Assembly: GCA_964016885.1 (NCBI GenBank)
Contig: OZ024755.1
Span: 13,516,001-13,580,000, forward strand
DNA length: 64,000 nt
Direction: 5' to 3'
DNA from: Eledone cirrhosa
Lineage: Eukaryota
Below are positions 40,780-54,573 of the stretch, one piece after another. The translations under genes and the position numbers were made by a program. The notes under the pieces were generated by a model that saw nothing but the letters and a program-made list of their open reading frames with translations, had not been told where the DNA came from and did no database searches. Position 1 is the stretch's first letter, and the number at the start of each line of letters is the position of its first letter.

Positions 40780-42900
40780 TTAGTTGACTGGGTATCCTTC
40801 AGAAACACTCTGACATTTTCGTTTTCTGCGGCTAAGGGCTACATACAGTTGATCGTGTTGGAATACAGGTCGTTCCAGATAAACCAAGACGTTTTCCATA
40901 GTTTGTCCTTGTACTTTATGAATAGTCATAGCGAAGCACGATTGAACTGGGAATTGGCTTCGCTGAAAAGGGATATCCTCACCTTCGGATAGATTAATTC
41001 TTATTCTAGGTATCATAACGATCTCATTTCTGAAAGCAGCAGTGTTGATTCTTGCTACTATGAGATTGTCGTGCAGTTCTTCCACGATCATTACAAAGCC
41101 TTGGAGGATTCAAGTTTCTCATAAGAATTATTGGCGATCCTTTATTCAATTCCAGGTTATGTGGTGGCAGTCCTGATAGTTCAATCGAATCAAGGAATTC
41201 AGTCGGGAAATGAGTGGCATTGGCACTATCACTCACATAATTATAGGATCAGTACTCTTTTATGGTTCCAGGGAAGTGTCTGATACAGGTAGAATTGATG
41301 CTTCTCATCATTTCACTGAGAGGTACTAAGATGCAATTGTTCGAAAACACTTCAGCTGGATTGTCGAATGAGGGGTAGATGAAATCAATACATTCTTCGA
41401 TAGTTGTTGCTTGGAGAACCATTTCTTTTGGCAAATGATTTCCTCATTTTCATTTCTTTTTATCTTATCTTCTCCAATATCCAATAGGAACTGTGAATAG
41501 TCTCCTGCTCCCCCATCTAATCGCATGTTTGTCTTCAACTGAAATCATTTGAAGCTTCACCATAAGTAGGATTTTTTAATGTAGGCGTTTTCCACGTCCG
41601 CTTCATTTCCCCTTTTCACTACCGGAAGAAGCTGACGGAAATCGCCACAGCAAATTGTCAAAATTCCACCGAATGCCTCATTGTTGTCGCATATGTCACG
41701 CAGAGTGAGGTCATCAGCTCCGAAGCTTTCCCTCCGAATCATAGGACACTCATCCCAAACAATCAGCCTTGTATTCTGGAAGAGGTTTGCCGTCTTTGAG
41801 TTTTTATCAGTGTTGCACAGACCATTTTCTTTCACTACTATCGGTATTTTGAACCTAGAATGCGCTGTTCTTCCACCAGGCATCAGTGTTGCGGCAATGC
41901 CAGATGACGCAACAGCAATAGCCACGTCGCCGTTTCCCCTGACTTTTGAAAGAATTAAGTTAATCAGGAATGTCTTTCCTGTTCCACCTGGAGCGTCAAT
42001 GAAAATCAATACACATGTGTTCATCTCTAAACTGTTACAAACGATGTCGTACACGTGTTTTTGTTCACTATTCAATAGAGGCTCCGTCTCTTGTACAAAT
42101 CGTCGCTCTTCTCTGCTGTATTGCAATTCATGCAATAACTCCAAATTGCCAATATCCTGATTAGCAACAATATTATTTGGCCTTGGCAGGTTAAAGTCAC
42201 TAAGACTTTTGCCCAGGTCGTTAAGTTTGTCTTCAAAATACAGAAGACATTGATCATAATGTCTCTCGCTAATCAAAAGGTTAGAGTTTCAGGTAGCCCT
42301 TCTTTGCTTAAATCGAACCCATAAAGCACTGGAATTGTCAATTTCCGTATTTGTGAGGAGCACGATGAATAGATCTCTCATGGCCTCGGGAAACCTTGTT
42401 CGCTCAGCATCTTCCAGAGTCTGCTGCCAATGCTCATCCGATTAAAGCAAACCTTTCTCTCTGCAGACGTCTTTGAATAATAGCAGGAGTTCTCCATCAC
42501 ACATTTTCAAACAGTTGAAGGATACTGGCCCTTTGACGTGATGCAGAAGGAGTCTTAAATAATACAGGTCACCACTTTGTGGAGAAACAGTGTATACTCG
42601 TCCCAAAACGTTCGCCTCAAAACTCCCTGGATACTGCTCAACTGTTTTCCCCACCTTTCTCCTTTCCCATCTCTTATTACTCCAAGTCTAAAACTTTGGG
42701 ACATCGGCATAATACAATGTTTTTGTAAACGGATCGCGATCGCAAAGATCCATGAGCTCAGTCAGAGTCGTCTTAGCCCTGTTATTGTTTACTTTAACAG
42801 CAGCATTGACCCGAAAGAAGATTTGATTTTCCTCAGGTAGATGAACTTGAAGGCGAATTACGGCCAGTTCTCTCTCATGAATTGGAAATCCAAGTACCAA
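40780..42900 (-). pseudogene. Helitron RepHel C-terminal part (PIF1-family helicase), frameshifted
   Basis: FPIHER..VIRLQVHL; GRVYTVSP..LYYLRLLL..VKGP; FIDAPGGTGKTF; AVASSGIAATL.GGRTAHSRFKIP; IVWDE; FGG..GDFRQLLPV; GLPPHNLEL; QFPVQSCFAMTIHKVQGQT; QLYVALSR. No HUH Rep domain seen. Confidence 0.95.
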
Positions 42901-43794
42901 GGCAACAAATATTCTGTTTAACGAAAGCTGAAATATATATACTCAAAAAATACAAATTATTTGTACACTGAGTCATTTTCACTTAAGAATATTTTTTCCA
43001 TCGTATTCACTCGAAAATAATTAAAAAAAATGAAGATATTATCTATGTAAATAAAGCTATTTGTGAAATCAAATTCACTTTAAAATAATTCTAAATAATT
43101 GAAATATTTTTTTTAACTAAAGCAAAAATCTAAACACCTACTGTTTAACACCAACTGGTATTTTTCAGTGAGATAATTAAAATATCGTCTGTTTAAAGAA
43201 AGCTGAAATATAAATACTTGAAGTACAACCAACTTGTAGTTTTGAAATCATATTCACTGAGAAATCACTGAAAAATCTTTTTTTAATAATTATTAAAAGT
43301 ATTTCTCGAATGATAAAAATAGGTTATGTCGATTTACGTCAAACTTGTTTTATCCCAATTTCAGGGTTATGCACCGTTTTGGCTATTTACGAAGGTATCC
43401 TACACACACACACACACACTCACACACACACACGTCTCTAAGTACGTAAACACATGCACTGGCACACATACACATACACACGGTGGCAGTATAACTGTGA
43501 AAGAGAGAGAAAGAAATAACGTTATGGATAGGGGAGAGTTAAAATAAACAAAAGTTAAGGACGCTGTTTCTTTCCCTATCTGTCATCCCCCTATCTTTCT
43601 CATCTCTTTATTCTCTCTCATCCCCTCACTCTCTCATCTCTTTATTCTCTCTCTCACCCCCTCACTCTCTCATCTCTTTATTCTCTCTCTCATCCCTTCA
43701 CTCTCTCTTTCTCTCTCTCACCATCACTCTCTCTCTCTCACCCTCACTCTCTCTCACCCTCACTCTCTTTCTCTCTCTCACTCTTTCTCTGGCA

Positions 43795-44173
43795 CTGGTT
43801 TGTTAAAAGTGAAAGTTTGCGTCTCAGCAAGCGGTGAACCCCGCCTACAGTTCCTCCCGTCGTTTATATCCGTAAAGTGACTAAAGATTAAAACAAATGT
43901 ATTATATTTACAGTTAGGGTTAGTTGTTAGGGTTAGTTGTTAGGGTTAGTTTTTAGGGTTAGGGTTACGGTTAGGGTTAGTTTTTAGGGTTAGGGTTAGA
44001 GTTAGTTTTTAGGGTTAGGGGCGAGCTAAACATACAGAGAATAAAAAAATTGAACAGAGAAGAAAAATATTGTGATTTCACTTTACGGATATAAACGACG
44101 GGAGGAGCTATTAGCAGGGTTCACCGCTTGCTGAGACGCAAACTTTCACTTTTAACAGACAATAACAAACCAG
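43795..44173. mobile_element. Palindromic MITE-like insert with TTAGGG repeats inside the Helitron
   Basis: ~80-bp inverted arms TGTTAAAAGTGAAAGTTTGCGTCTCAGCAAGCGGTGAACCC...CCGTAAAGTGA; central TTAGGG/TTAGTT repeats at ~43913-44020. Confidence 0.8.
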
Positions 44174-44668
44174 GCCCTCTCTCTCACCCTCACTCTCTCT
44201 TTCTCTTTCTCTCTGGACAAGCAAAAAAACAAATGGACTATTTCTTTTGATATTCATTATAAAATAAGATAAATTGAATTTAGATGAATTCCTTGCTATT
44301 TTGGGAAAATTGAAAATATTGTCGATGTGCGATTTACGCCAAACTTGTTTTATTCAGAGTATTTTCTCATTATGCAATGTTTTGGTTATTTACGAAGTTT
44401 TGCAGGGTTATGTTAATTTCGAGGTATTTTCCCAGTATGCACCGTTGTGGCTATTTACGAAGATACCCTCAAAACCCGCGAATCTCGGGAACCCGGGGTC
44501 AGATTTTCGCGAAACTTGTTTTATTCAATTTGTATTCCTATTTCAGAGGCAACTTGCTTTCACAGTATTTACCCATTATGCGCCCTTTTGGGTGTATTAC
44601 ATAACAGACAAGCAAGCACGCAAGATCAGAGCTTTAGTAGTATATAGATAGCTTAATACATGACGTAG

Positions 44669-44713
<45 letters not shown>

Positions 44714-45055
44714 TAGATGATTCAAAGAGCACACTTTTTTTTTTAGACAGTTACTGTAATGTTCTATTTGATGTGTATTATTTTGAAGGATTCTTTAGTT
44801 ATGCAACTAAATAAATTTCATAGAGGAAGTCGAAATAGCTGACTTTTATATTGTTTCTGTTAAATAATTTATGAAGTTCTTTAGTTCCTATGGAAGCGAT
44901 AGTTGGTTATAAATAGACACATACACACATATATATATATACTCACACACATTTATGGAGAAAAACGACAAAAACACATCTGATCAAATGTTTATATTAT
45001 ATTTTATATGCATACTCACACATATATACATATATATATACACATTTATATATTT

Positions 45056-45089
<34 letters not shown>

Positions 45090-45210
45090 GCACACACACA
45101 CACACACATATATATATGTATGGAGGAAAATGACTAAAATACACGTATTTTAGTCATTTTCATATGTGTATATTATTATTATTCTACATGCATTCATATA
45201 TACATAAAAA

Positions 45211-45290
<80 letters not shown>

Positions 45291-45427
45291 CTTTACATCA
45301 GCAAATAACTATGATTTTATCTGCGGAGGAATGTTATAGCGATCGTTATGTATACATATATCAAGCAATGTGTACACTATAACTGAAATGGCCAGCTGTA
45401 TTGCATAACAGGCTTCTCATTAATAAT

Positions 45428-45715
45428 TGTTTCTACTTTGGCACAAGGCCAGCAATTTTCCCAGTATATTACTGCTACTTTATTTTATCGACCCCGTAAG
45501 GATGAAAGGCAAAGTTAACCTCGATTAATAATTGTTTCTACTTTTGGCACAATGCCAGCAATTATCCAGTGCATTACTGGTACTTATTTTATCGACCCCA
45601 TAAGGATGAAAGTACAGTTAACCTCGGCGGGATTTGAACTCAGAATGGCAAGAGCAGTAACTATGCGTCAAAGCATGGCGTCCGACTCTCTAGCGATACT
45701 GCCAATCCACCGCCC
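45428..45715 (-). mobile_element. Two adjacent tRNA-SINE insertions (45428-45523 truncated; 45533-45715 full length)
   Basis: The 17-bp direct repeat TAACCTCGATTAATAAT at 45516-45532 and 45716-45732 flanks the second copy. Confidence 0.88.
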
Positions 45716-46039
45716 TAACCTCGATTAATAATAAAACACTGTGGTTATGTCTACATTACATAAAAGGAGCCGATCGTCATAACGGTCTAGGGAAATTATG
45801 TTGGATTTACTCTTCTTGATAATATCTGCCGTTCGCAGAAGAAGGCGGGATTTGAATTTAGAACCTGATCAGATCCCACCCAAGTTTATAACAGTGTTTC
45901 CAACCCATCAGCCCTTGACCGGTACTTTATTTATTGACTCCGAAAAGATGAAAGACAGAGATGAAAGACAATGATGATGATGTCGACGGGATTGGGGTTC
46001 AGAGCGCAGTCAATCGGAAAAATACCGAGGCATTTAATC

Positions 46040-46090
<51 letters not shown>

Positions 46091-46091
<1 letters not shown>

Positions 46092-46805
46092 TTCAGTGTA
46101 ATGCAGTGCTGTGAATAGTATCTTAGAGAATGTTCCATTTAAACTGAGGATCTACTTTTGGTGACCCTATAAATAGAGCATGCTCCACCCCTTTGTGTGA
46201 GTGTTAGGGACTTATTGGCGCCGATGTGCTGCTTGGCTGTAGACCTGGCATAATGCATTTTCTTTGGACCTCTTAACGACTCTACTGATTTGTCGCCTTA
46301 ACATCGAATTTTATTAAATTTATCTCTAATCTACTATATGCTGCTTTCTAGCAGAAACATTTATTATTTAATTATGTTGCCAAACGAATGCACGTCATGT
46401 GAAATAGAACTCATGCAGCGTGCAAAACCTGTCCTCCATACCCCCCCCCCCAAAAAAAAAATCGCATCATAAATTCTATTACGAACATTCCTACTCGAAA
46501 TACTGCCACCAACTAGATCTGACAATCACAACACGCCACCATTTGTGAAGCGTGCTTATGGCTGATTCAGCCCTTTCAAAGTATTTACTACGACACCGTT
46601 GATGGTGTATAATATCAAGATCAAACTTCGGAAAAAAAGATGTACTGTACCATGCCTACATTCAAGCAGCACATCGACGCCAGTAAAACCCCAAGACCCA
46701 GACAAAAGGGTTGAGTAGGCTCTCTTTATAGGTCTACAAGAAGGCGATGATCAACTGAGATGGGGGTGCTCTCTTAGAGAGACAATTCACAGCACTGCAC
46801 TGAAG
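46091..46805. repeat. Diverged ~100-bp inverted repeats (46091-46195 / 46703-46805), possible old MITE
   Basis: CTTCAGTG..CAGTGCTGTGAAT...CCTATAAATAGAGC..CCCTTT versus AAAGGG..GCTCTCTTTATAGG...ATTCACAGCACTGCACTGAAG. Confidence 0.6.
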
Positions 46806-46831
46806 CGGATCAAGGCACAAAATGTATGTAT

Positions 46832-46873
<42 letters not shown>

Positions 46874-47656
46874 GTGTGGAATATTTCTATGCCGAATTCC
46901 CTTTACAAAAGAGCTATCGTACTTTAGTTCGCTTTGTAAAGTGAAGTAATACATTTCTTGACTTTGATATCAGAGAACAGACCCCCCCCCCCCAAAAAAA
47001 AAAAAACGCGAAAAAAACCCAACAAACAAACAAAAACATATCTCACTGAACAGGAAGAGATTATATAGAAATGGAAAGAAAGAGGAAAGAATTGTAGTCT
47101 TTGGTTGATATATCTAATATTGTATTGAGTGTAATGGAGCAGAAGATATTTGTAAGAACTAGCAGGAAAAAATAATGAGGTGTATGTCTATGACAGACAG
47201 GGTGTAAACAAGTCGGTTTATCTTCGTTTGAGTCGGGGTAAAAACGCATTGTTACACCTCAGACACACAGATATATCGTACACACAGGAATATATATCAA
47301 CATCGGCATGGACATACGCACATAGAAATATACACACACACAAACACACACATAAACACACACATATACACATAAATATACATGAACATACACATATAGA
47401 CACACATAAACATACACATTTATACACACATAAACATACACAGATAAAAACTCGCACTTCGTCGTTTACGACGACGAATGTTCCAGTTGATGTACGGCAA
47501 CACTCATCTTTTTCCATTTCTCCGAGGGTTATAAACCCCACTTTCAGGCTAGAAATTTCTTTAGTCTAAAATACGGTGAAAGCTTATAATTTCTAATTTC
47601 AAACTCGCGCACCGTTTCAAAAACATACTTACATGTTTACGTTTATAATTTGATTG

Positions 47657-49326
<1,670 letters not shown>

Positions 49327-49937
49327 ATGGTGGCTGCCAACTCGTTTTCGAGTACGGCCACTACTTTATATCCATGTAGGAGAACCCCTACTGATGCGCT
49401 GAACGAGTGTGACTTTTTAGTCCAGCCAGCGACTTGAAAGCTCTGGTACAAACACTACACTTGTGACAATTATTGACACATAGTGCTGGGCCCATGGTAC
49501 CATGTGACGACAAATGCAGAGAGATCTCCAGATATAAAGCAATGCCTGTGTCGTGAAGCTTTTATAGTGAGCAAAGGCACTGCACAAAGCCAGTCCCACT
49601 CTCTTAACCAAGATGATATTTACCAAAAAGAAGAACAAGTCAACATCATTGGATACCATCAGGGTTGCAGGTGTTATATCAGAGTTTTCCTTCTCCTAGA
49701 ATTCTGCCTTGACAAAGGCTAAGGGGTCATCTCTCCCGGTGATTTTGGATGGCCATTGACTCTTAAGAGCTCCTTTGCCTTTTGACAGGTTTTGTTTTTA
49801 GTCCTGCAGGATGTCCAAAGTCACCCTCCTCACCAAGAAACCTTGGTGGGGTTGCCAGTTTAGTCGCCAACGACCCGACCATGGGACAGGTTGTACTGGA
49901 ATACATGTTACCAGTAGCACCAACTGGTGACCTGACA
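49327..49937 (-). mobile_element. Bipartite RTE-derived retroposon, copy 3 (full length)
   Basis: Colinear with 3500-4108 with the same two ends; finger reads [25 protein letters not shown]. Confidence 0.88.
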
Positions 49938-49969
49938 TAATATATATATATATATATATACATACATAC

Positions 49970-50003
<34 letters not shown>

Positions 50004-50158
50004 GTATATATATATATGTATATATATGTATATATATATGTATATATATACGTATATATATGTGTATATGTATATATGTATATATATGTGTATATGTATA
50101 TATATGTATATATATGTGTATATGTATATATATGTATATATATATATGTATATGTATA

Positions 50159-50205
<47 letters not shown>

Positions 50206-50309
50206 TTGTATATATATATATATATGTATATATATGTGTTTATATATATATATGTATATATATAGTGACGAAACATAAGTCAATTGCATGAACTCATAAT
50301 CCTTTATTT

Positions 50310-50365
50310 ACTGCTATATATATTTCGATGATAGCCATTGAATGGCTATGATCTCATCAGGCAGT
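50310..50365 (-). ncRNA. Minimal type I hammerhead ribozyme (Penelope-associated)
   Basis: Minus strand ACTGC-CTGATGA-GATCATAGCCAT(TCA)ATGGCTATCATC-GAAA-TATATA-TA-GCAGT: 5-bp stem I, full core, 11-bp stem II with one C-C mismatch, palindromic stem III, AUA cleavage triplet. Confidence 0.8.
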
Positions 50366-50429
50366 TAGTCAGTTCTTAGATATGCCAGCTCTGTGTGTAT
50401 AGTGTTGATGGTATCAGAGCCTGTATATA

Positions 50430-50432
50430 TAA

Positions 50433-50503
<71 letters not shown>

Positions 50504-50870
50504 TATATGTATATATGTATATATATATGTATGTATTTATATATATGTATATATATATTGGTATATATATATGTATATATGTATATATATATGTATGTAT
50601 TTATATATATGTATATATATATAGGTATATATATATATGTATACATGTATATATATATGTATATGTATACATGTATATATATATATATTTATATATATAT
50701 ACATGTATACATATATACATATACATATATATATACATGTATACATATATATATATACCTATATATATATACATATATATAAATACATACATATATGTAT
50801 TTATATATATATATATATACATGTCTATATATATATATATATACATGTATATATATATTTATACATGTAT

Positions 50871-50908
<38 letters not shown>

Positions 50909-51063
50909 ATATATATTTATACATGTATATACATGTATATATATATTTATATATATATATGTATATATATGTTTATATATATATGTATATGTGTATATAT
51001 ATATATGTATATATATATGTATATATATATATATATATGTATTTGTGTATATATATATGTATG

Positions 51064-51102
<39 letters not shown>

Positions 51103-51135
51103 GTTTATATGTATGTATATACGTATATATATATA
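50430..51135. repeat. (TA)n-derived low-complexity array
   Basis: TA runs interrupted by TG/CA; a similar tract lies at 49940-50265. Confidence 0.95.
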
Positions 51136-51914
51136 TTCTCTGTCTTCTCAATTTTCGTAATTTTATATTATATTATATAAGTGTGTGTGTGTGTGTGTGT
51201 GTGTGTATAATCATATATGTGTGCGTATGTGCGTCTATATTATAAAAATGGATTTCTTTCTTGGCAAATACAAAATATATAAATTAGTAAAAGTTAAAAG
51301 AAAGAAAGAATGGTGAAAAATATATTTTATTTTATCTCATTTAATTCTCACATATTATACGTGGAATATTTAGTCCACATGACACATACATATACATACA
51401 CACATATATATAAAAACGTACGTGTATATATATATATTAGATCTCCCTCTCTCTCTCTCTATATATATATATGAGTCTGTGCATTTGTTAATATGTGTGT
51501 GTGCGTGTGTGTGTTAATATATTCATTTATTTTATTATAGAATTGAATTGTACAGAACGTTGATGATGATTTCTTACGAATGAAATAATTCTAGTCGTGC
51601 AGAAGTCATTTCTATAATAAAATAAATATACTCTACTAACGTAGTAAGTACCTTATTTTAACTGTGGTCGCCTCCTGATAAACATCTGAAATCAACATAC
51701 ACACACATACATATATATATATACATATGCATATATATATGATACATACACATACATTCATAGATACATATATATATACATATGCATATATATATGTATA
51801 CATACACATACATTCATAGATACATATATATATACATATGCATATATATATGTATACATATACATACATATGCATATATATATGTATACATACACATACA
51901 TACATACATACATA

Positions 51915-52332
51915 CATGGTGGCTGCCAACTCGTTTTCGAGTACGGCCACTACTTTATATCCATGTAAGAGAACCCCTACCGATGCGCTGAACGAGTGTG
52001 ACTTTTTAGTCCAGCCAGCGACTTGAAAACTCTGGTACAAACACTACACTTGTGACAATTATTGACACATAGTGCTAGGCCTCTTAACCACTCTCTTCAC
52101 CAAGATGATGTTTACCAAAAAGAAGAACAAGTCAACATCATTGGATACCATCAGAGTTTCAGGTGTTATATCAGAGTTTTCCTTCTCCTAGAATTCTGCC
52201 TTGACAAAGGCTAAGGGGTCATCTCTCCCAGTGATTTTGGATGGCCATTGACTCCTAAGAGCTCCTTTGCCCTTTGACAGGTTTCGTTTTTAGTCCTGCA
52301 GGATGTCCAAAGTCACCCTCCTCACCAAGAAA
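51915..52332 (-). mobile_element. Bipartite RTE-derived retroposon, copy 4 (internal deletion, 5'-truncated)
   Basis: Matches copies 1 and 3 but lacks ~100 bp near 52080 and the first ~100 bp of the leader. Confidence 0.88.
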
Positions 52333-53654
52333 GAAACTTACATACATACATATATAAACTCGTGTCGTACCACGACTATTTCTTCGCATGTACATAACTC
52401 CATTTACATTTGAGGTAAAACACATTTCCAATCGGTAGCTTAACATTGATTAGAACGAACAGAAGTTGACTCTTCTTCACGTTTTACATGTTAGAGGAAC
52501 CATCAACTTTGTGGTTATTTGCATAATATAATCACTTTTCATTTATGTCCAGAAATCGCTTAAAGATGTTTGTCAATTTTAAAATTTTCAGGGAAATTCG
52601 GTATTTTCTAGCATGCTTACAGGCCTATATATTAAATATATATCTATATATTTACACGTTGGTGCGGCCTCGGTTACCCATTCTGTATATATATAGATCT
52701 AACTTTATCATGTTATCTACACATGCATACATATTTTTATATGGAGTTAATCGACTAGAGTTGTACAATCCACACTCCGATTATAAATATATATATATAC
52801 ACACACACACAGCATATACATACATATGTACATATATACATGTGTATGTGTATATATACATGCATCTTCTCTGTCTTGCTCTTTTTAGGCGTGATTAACC
52901 AGATTCAAAAATTTAAAACAGTTTTGTTTATGAATAAATCAAGATTTTTTTATGGTTTTTGAGATTGCTAACAATTTCGTGTTGTTATAAAAGAAATATT
53001 TAGATTCTTCATGCAAATGAACGTGGGAACAATATTTGTATATATAAAATATTTGATATTTAAAACATGGAATATCATGTTCTTACAATAAAAAATATCT
53101 TTAGCTAGTTTCAACTTGTATGATCTATCTTCCCGTTCTTTCTATTGATAATTTTGAAAAAGAAAATTCTTCTAACCACCACCGTCGGCGGTTCCAACAA
53201 CATCACTACTACTACTACTACTACTACAATAATTATAGAGACACAAAATGTACGTGATGTATTTTCAAAACTACTACTGGCTCTATCTCTCTCTATATAG
53301 ATTTGTTTTATAAATAATAAGTATTTATTTTATTGCTCTATATTCTTTCCTCTGTCATAAAATTGCCTGATCATTTTATTTTCACTATTTACTTGCTGCG
53401 CAAGGATATACAGTGTTACCTCATTGCATTCATATATATGATCACGCAACCAATGGACGCAGGCATAGTAAATGTGTTTAGCATTGTCTTGGGGGTGACC
53501 TGAACTCAGTGAAATCGGTGAGATGGAAAATATAGAACCCTGTTAGATGGACTGTATCTAATCCAAGGACCTTGTCACATAATGTATCCCGCTGATTTGG
53601 TTTGGAAATTGGGTTAAGGATACATGTGTCTGTGGATTCCTCATTCACTTACAC

Positions 53655-53846
53655 TAGACCTGCCAACCTCTAAAAACCCAAACGGGGAGCAACATGAAAC
53701 AAAGTGCCCCAAAACGGGGAGAAATGAGGCAAAATGGGGAGATTTTACAAAATGAAAGCTATACTAATTTTCACAAGAGAAGACATCTGTCACCCACCCC
53801 AAAAGCTATTGTAAATTGACCAGTCCGGGGAGAATTGACAAGTCTG
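53655..53846. mobile_element. Small hAT-like MITE nested in a SINE
   Basis: Ends TAGACCTGCCAAC / ATTGACAAGTCTG, with four internal GGGGAG motifs; interrupts the SINE at 53480-54020. Confidence 0.5.
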
Positions 53847-54254
53847 CTTAGACGTTCATTCTGAAATGCCACAATGAACACGTAGTAAAACGTCTAGTGG
53901 TACCTCAACGACTGGTTGCTCCAGTTGCAAGAACCTGACTGATTCATTAAACTCGTATTCACATGACAGTGGTTCAGTTGACCGAACAACTGAATGTTCA
54001 TCGTCGAAACCTACGGAGGATCAAACAATCTGAAGTATTTATATAATTGGACATACTCTTGCTTCTCACAGAAAAACGTAAAACAAGTCAAGATGGAAAC
54101 GGAAACTGAAAAGGATATAAAACATCGATGAGGTCACAGATTGTGATCAAAGGGCTTTGATAATTAATTAATTGATTGGTTGACTAACCAACTGGTAAAT
54201 AGATTAATTACCTGAGTTATAATGATTTCTAATTTAGGCATAATGCCAGCAATG

Positions 54255-54573
54255 TTTCTGACATGTGTGTTCTGTTAAGCAATCAACACCATAAACTTCA
54301 CATCTCTCTTTGTGAGCCTCAGCAGCTTTCTTGCCTTTATGGAAATAAAAAAGCAAAATATGGCGAAAATGTTCGTTTTTGCACTCCATGTTAAAATTGA
54401 CACTGAACTAACAGCTGTAAACAAAATCACGCGCAATTTGCTTCTAAAGTAAGCTAAAAGCAACGGCTATCAAATGTCAAAAGGAAAAAAATCATAACAT
54501 TGACAAAATTCATTAAAAAAAATCGTAACTATCTATTTGCGAAAAACAATATTACTTTCTTGCCCACCCAATA
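54255..54573 (-). pseudogene. Mariner left TIR + transposase N-terminus
   Basis: Minus strand from ATG at 54389: MECKNEHFRHILLFYFHKGKKAAEAHKERCEVYGVDCLTEHTCQK; TIR ATTACTTTCTTGCCCACCCAA followed by TA. Confidence 0.9.

Larger units (their letters stand above)
39903..44648 (-). mobile_element. Helitron with both termini (internally deleted)
   Basis: Minus-strand 5' end A|TCTATATACTACTAAAGC; 3' hairpin TGACCCAACGGGTCA, then CGGGTGGT-CTAG|T. Inserted between A and T without a TSD; contains RepHel helicase fragments. Confidence 0.92.

Noticed and set aside
41557-42276. Host PIF1 helicase gene
   Set aside because: Intronless, frameshifted, preceded by Helitron-specific motifs and enclosed by Helitron termini.
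43913-44020. True telomere or chromosome-fusion scar
   Set aside because: Short, degenerate, single orientation, and enclosed by MITE-like arms.
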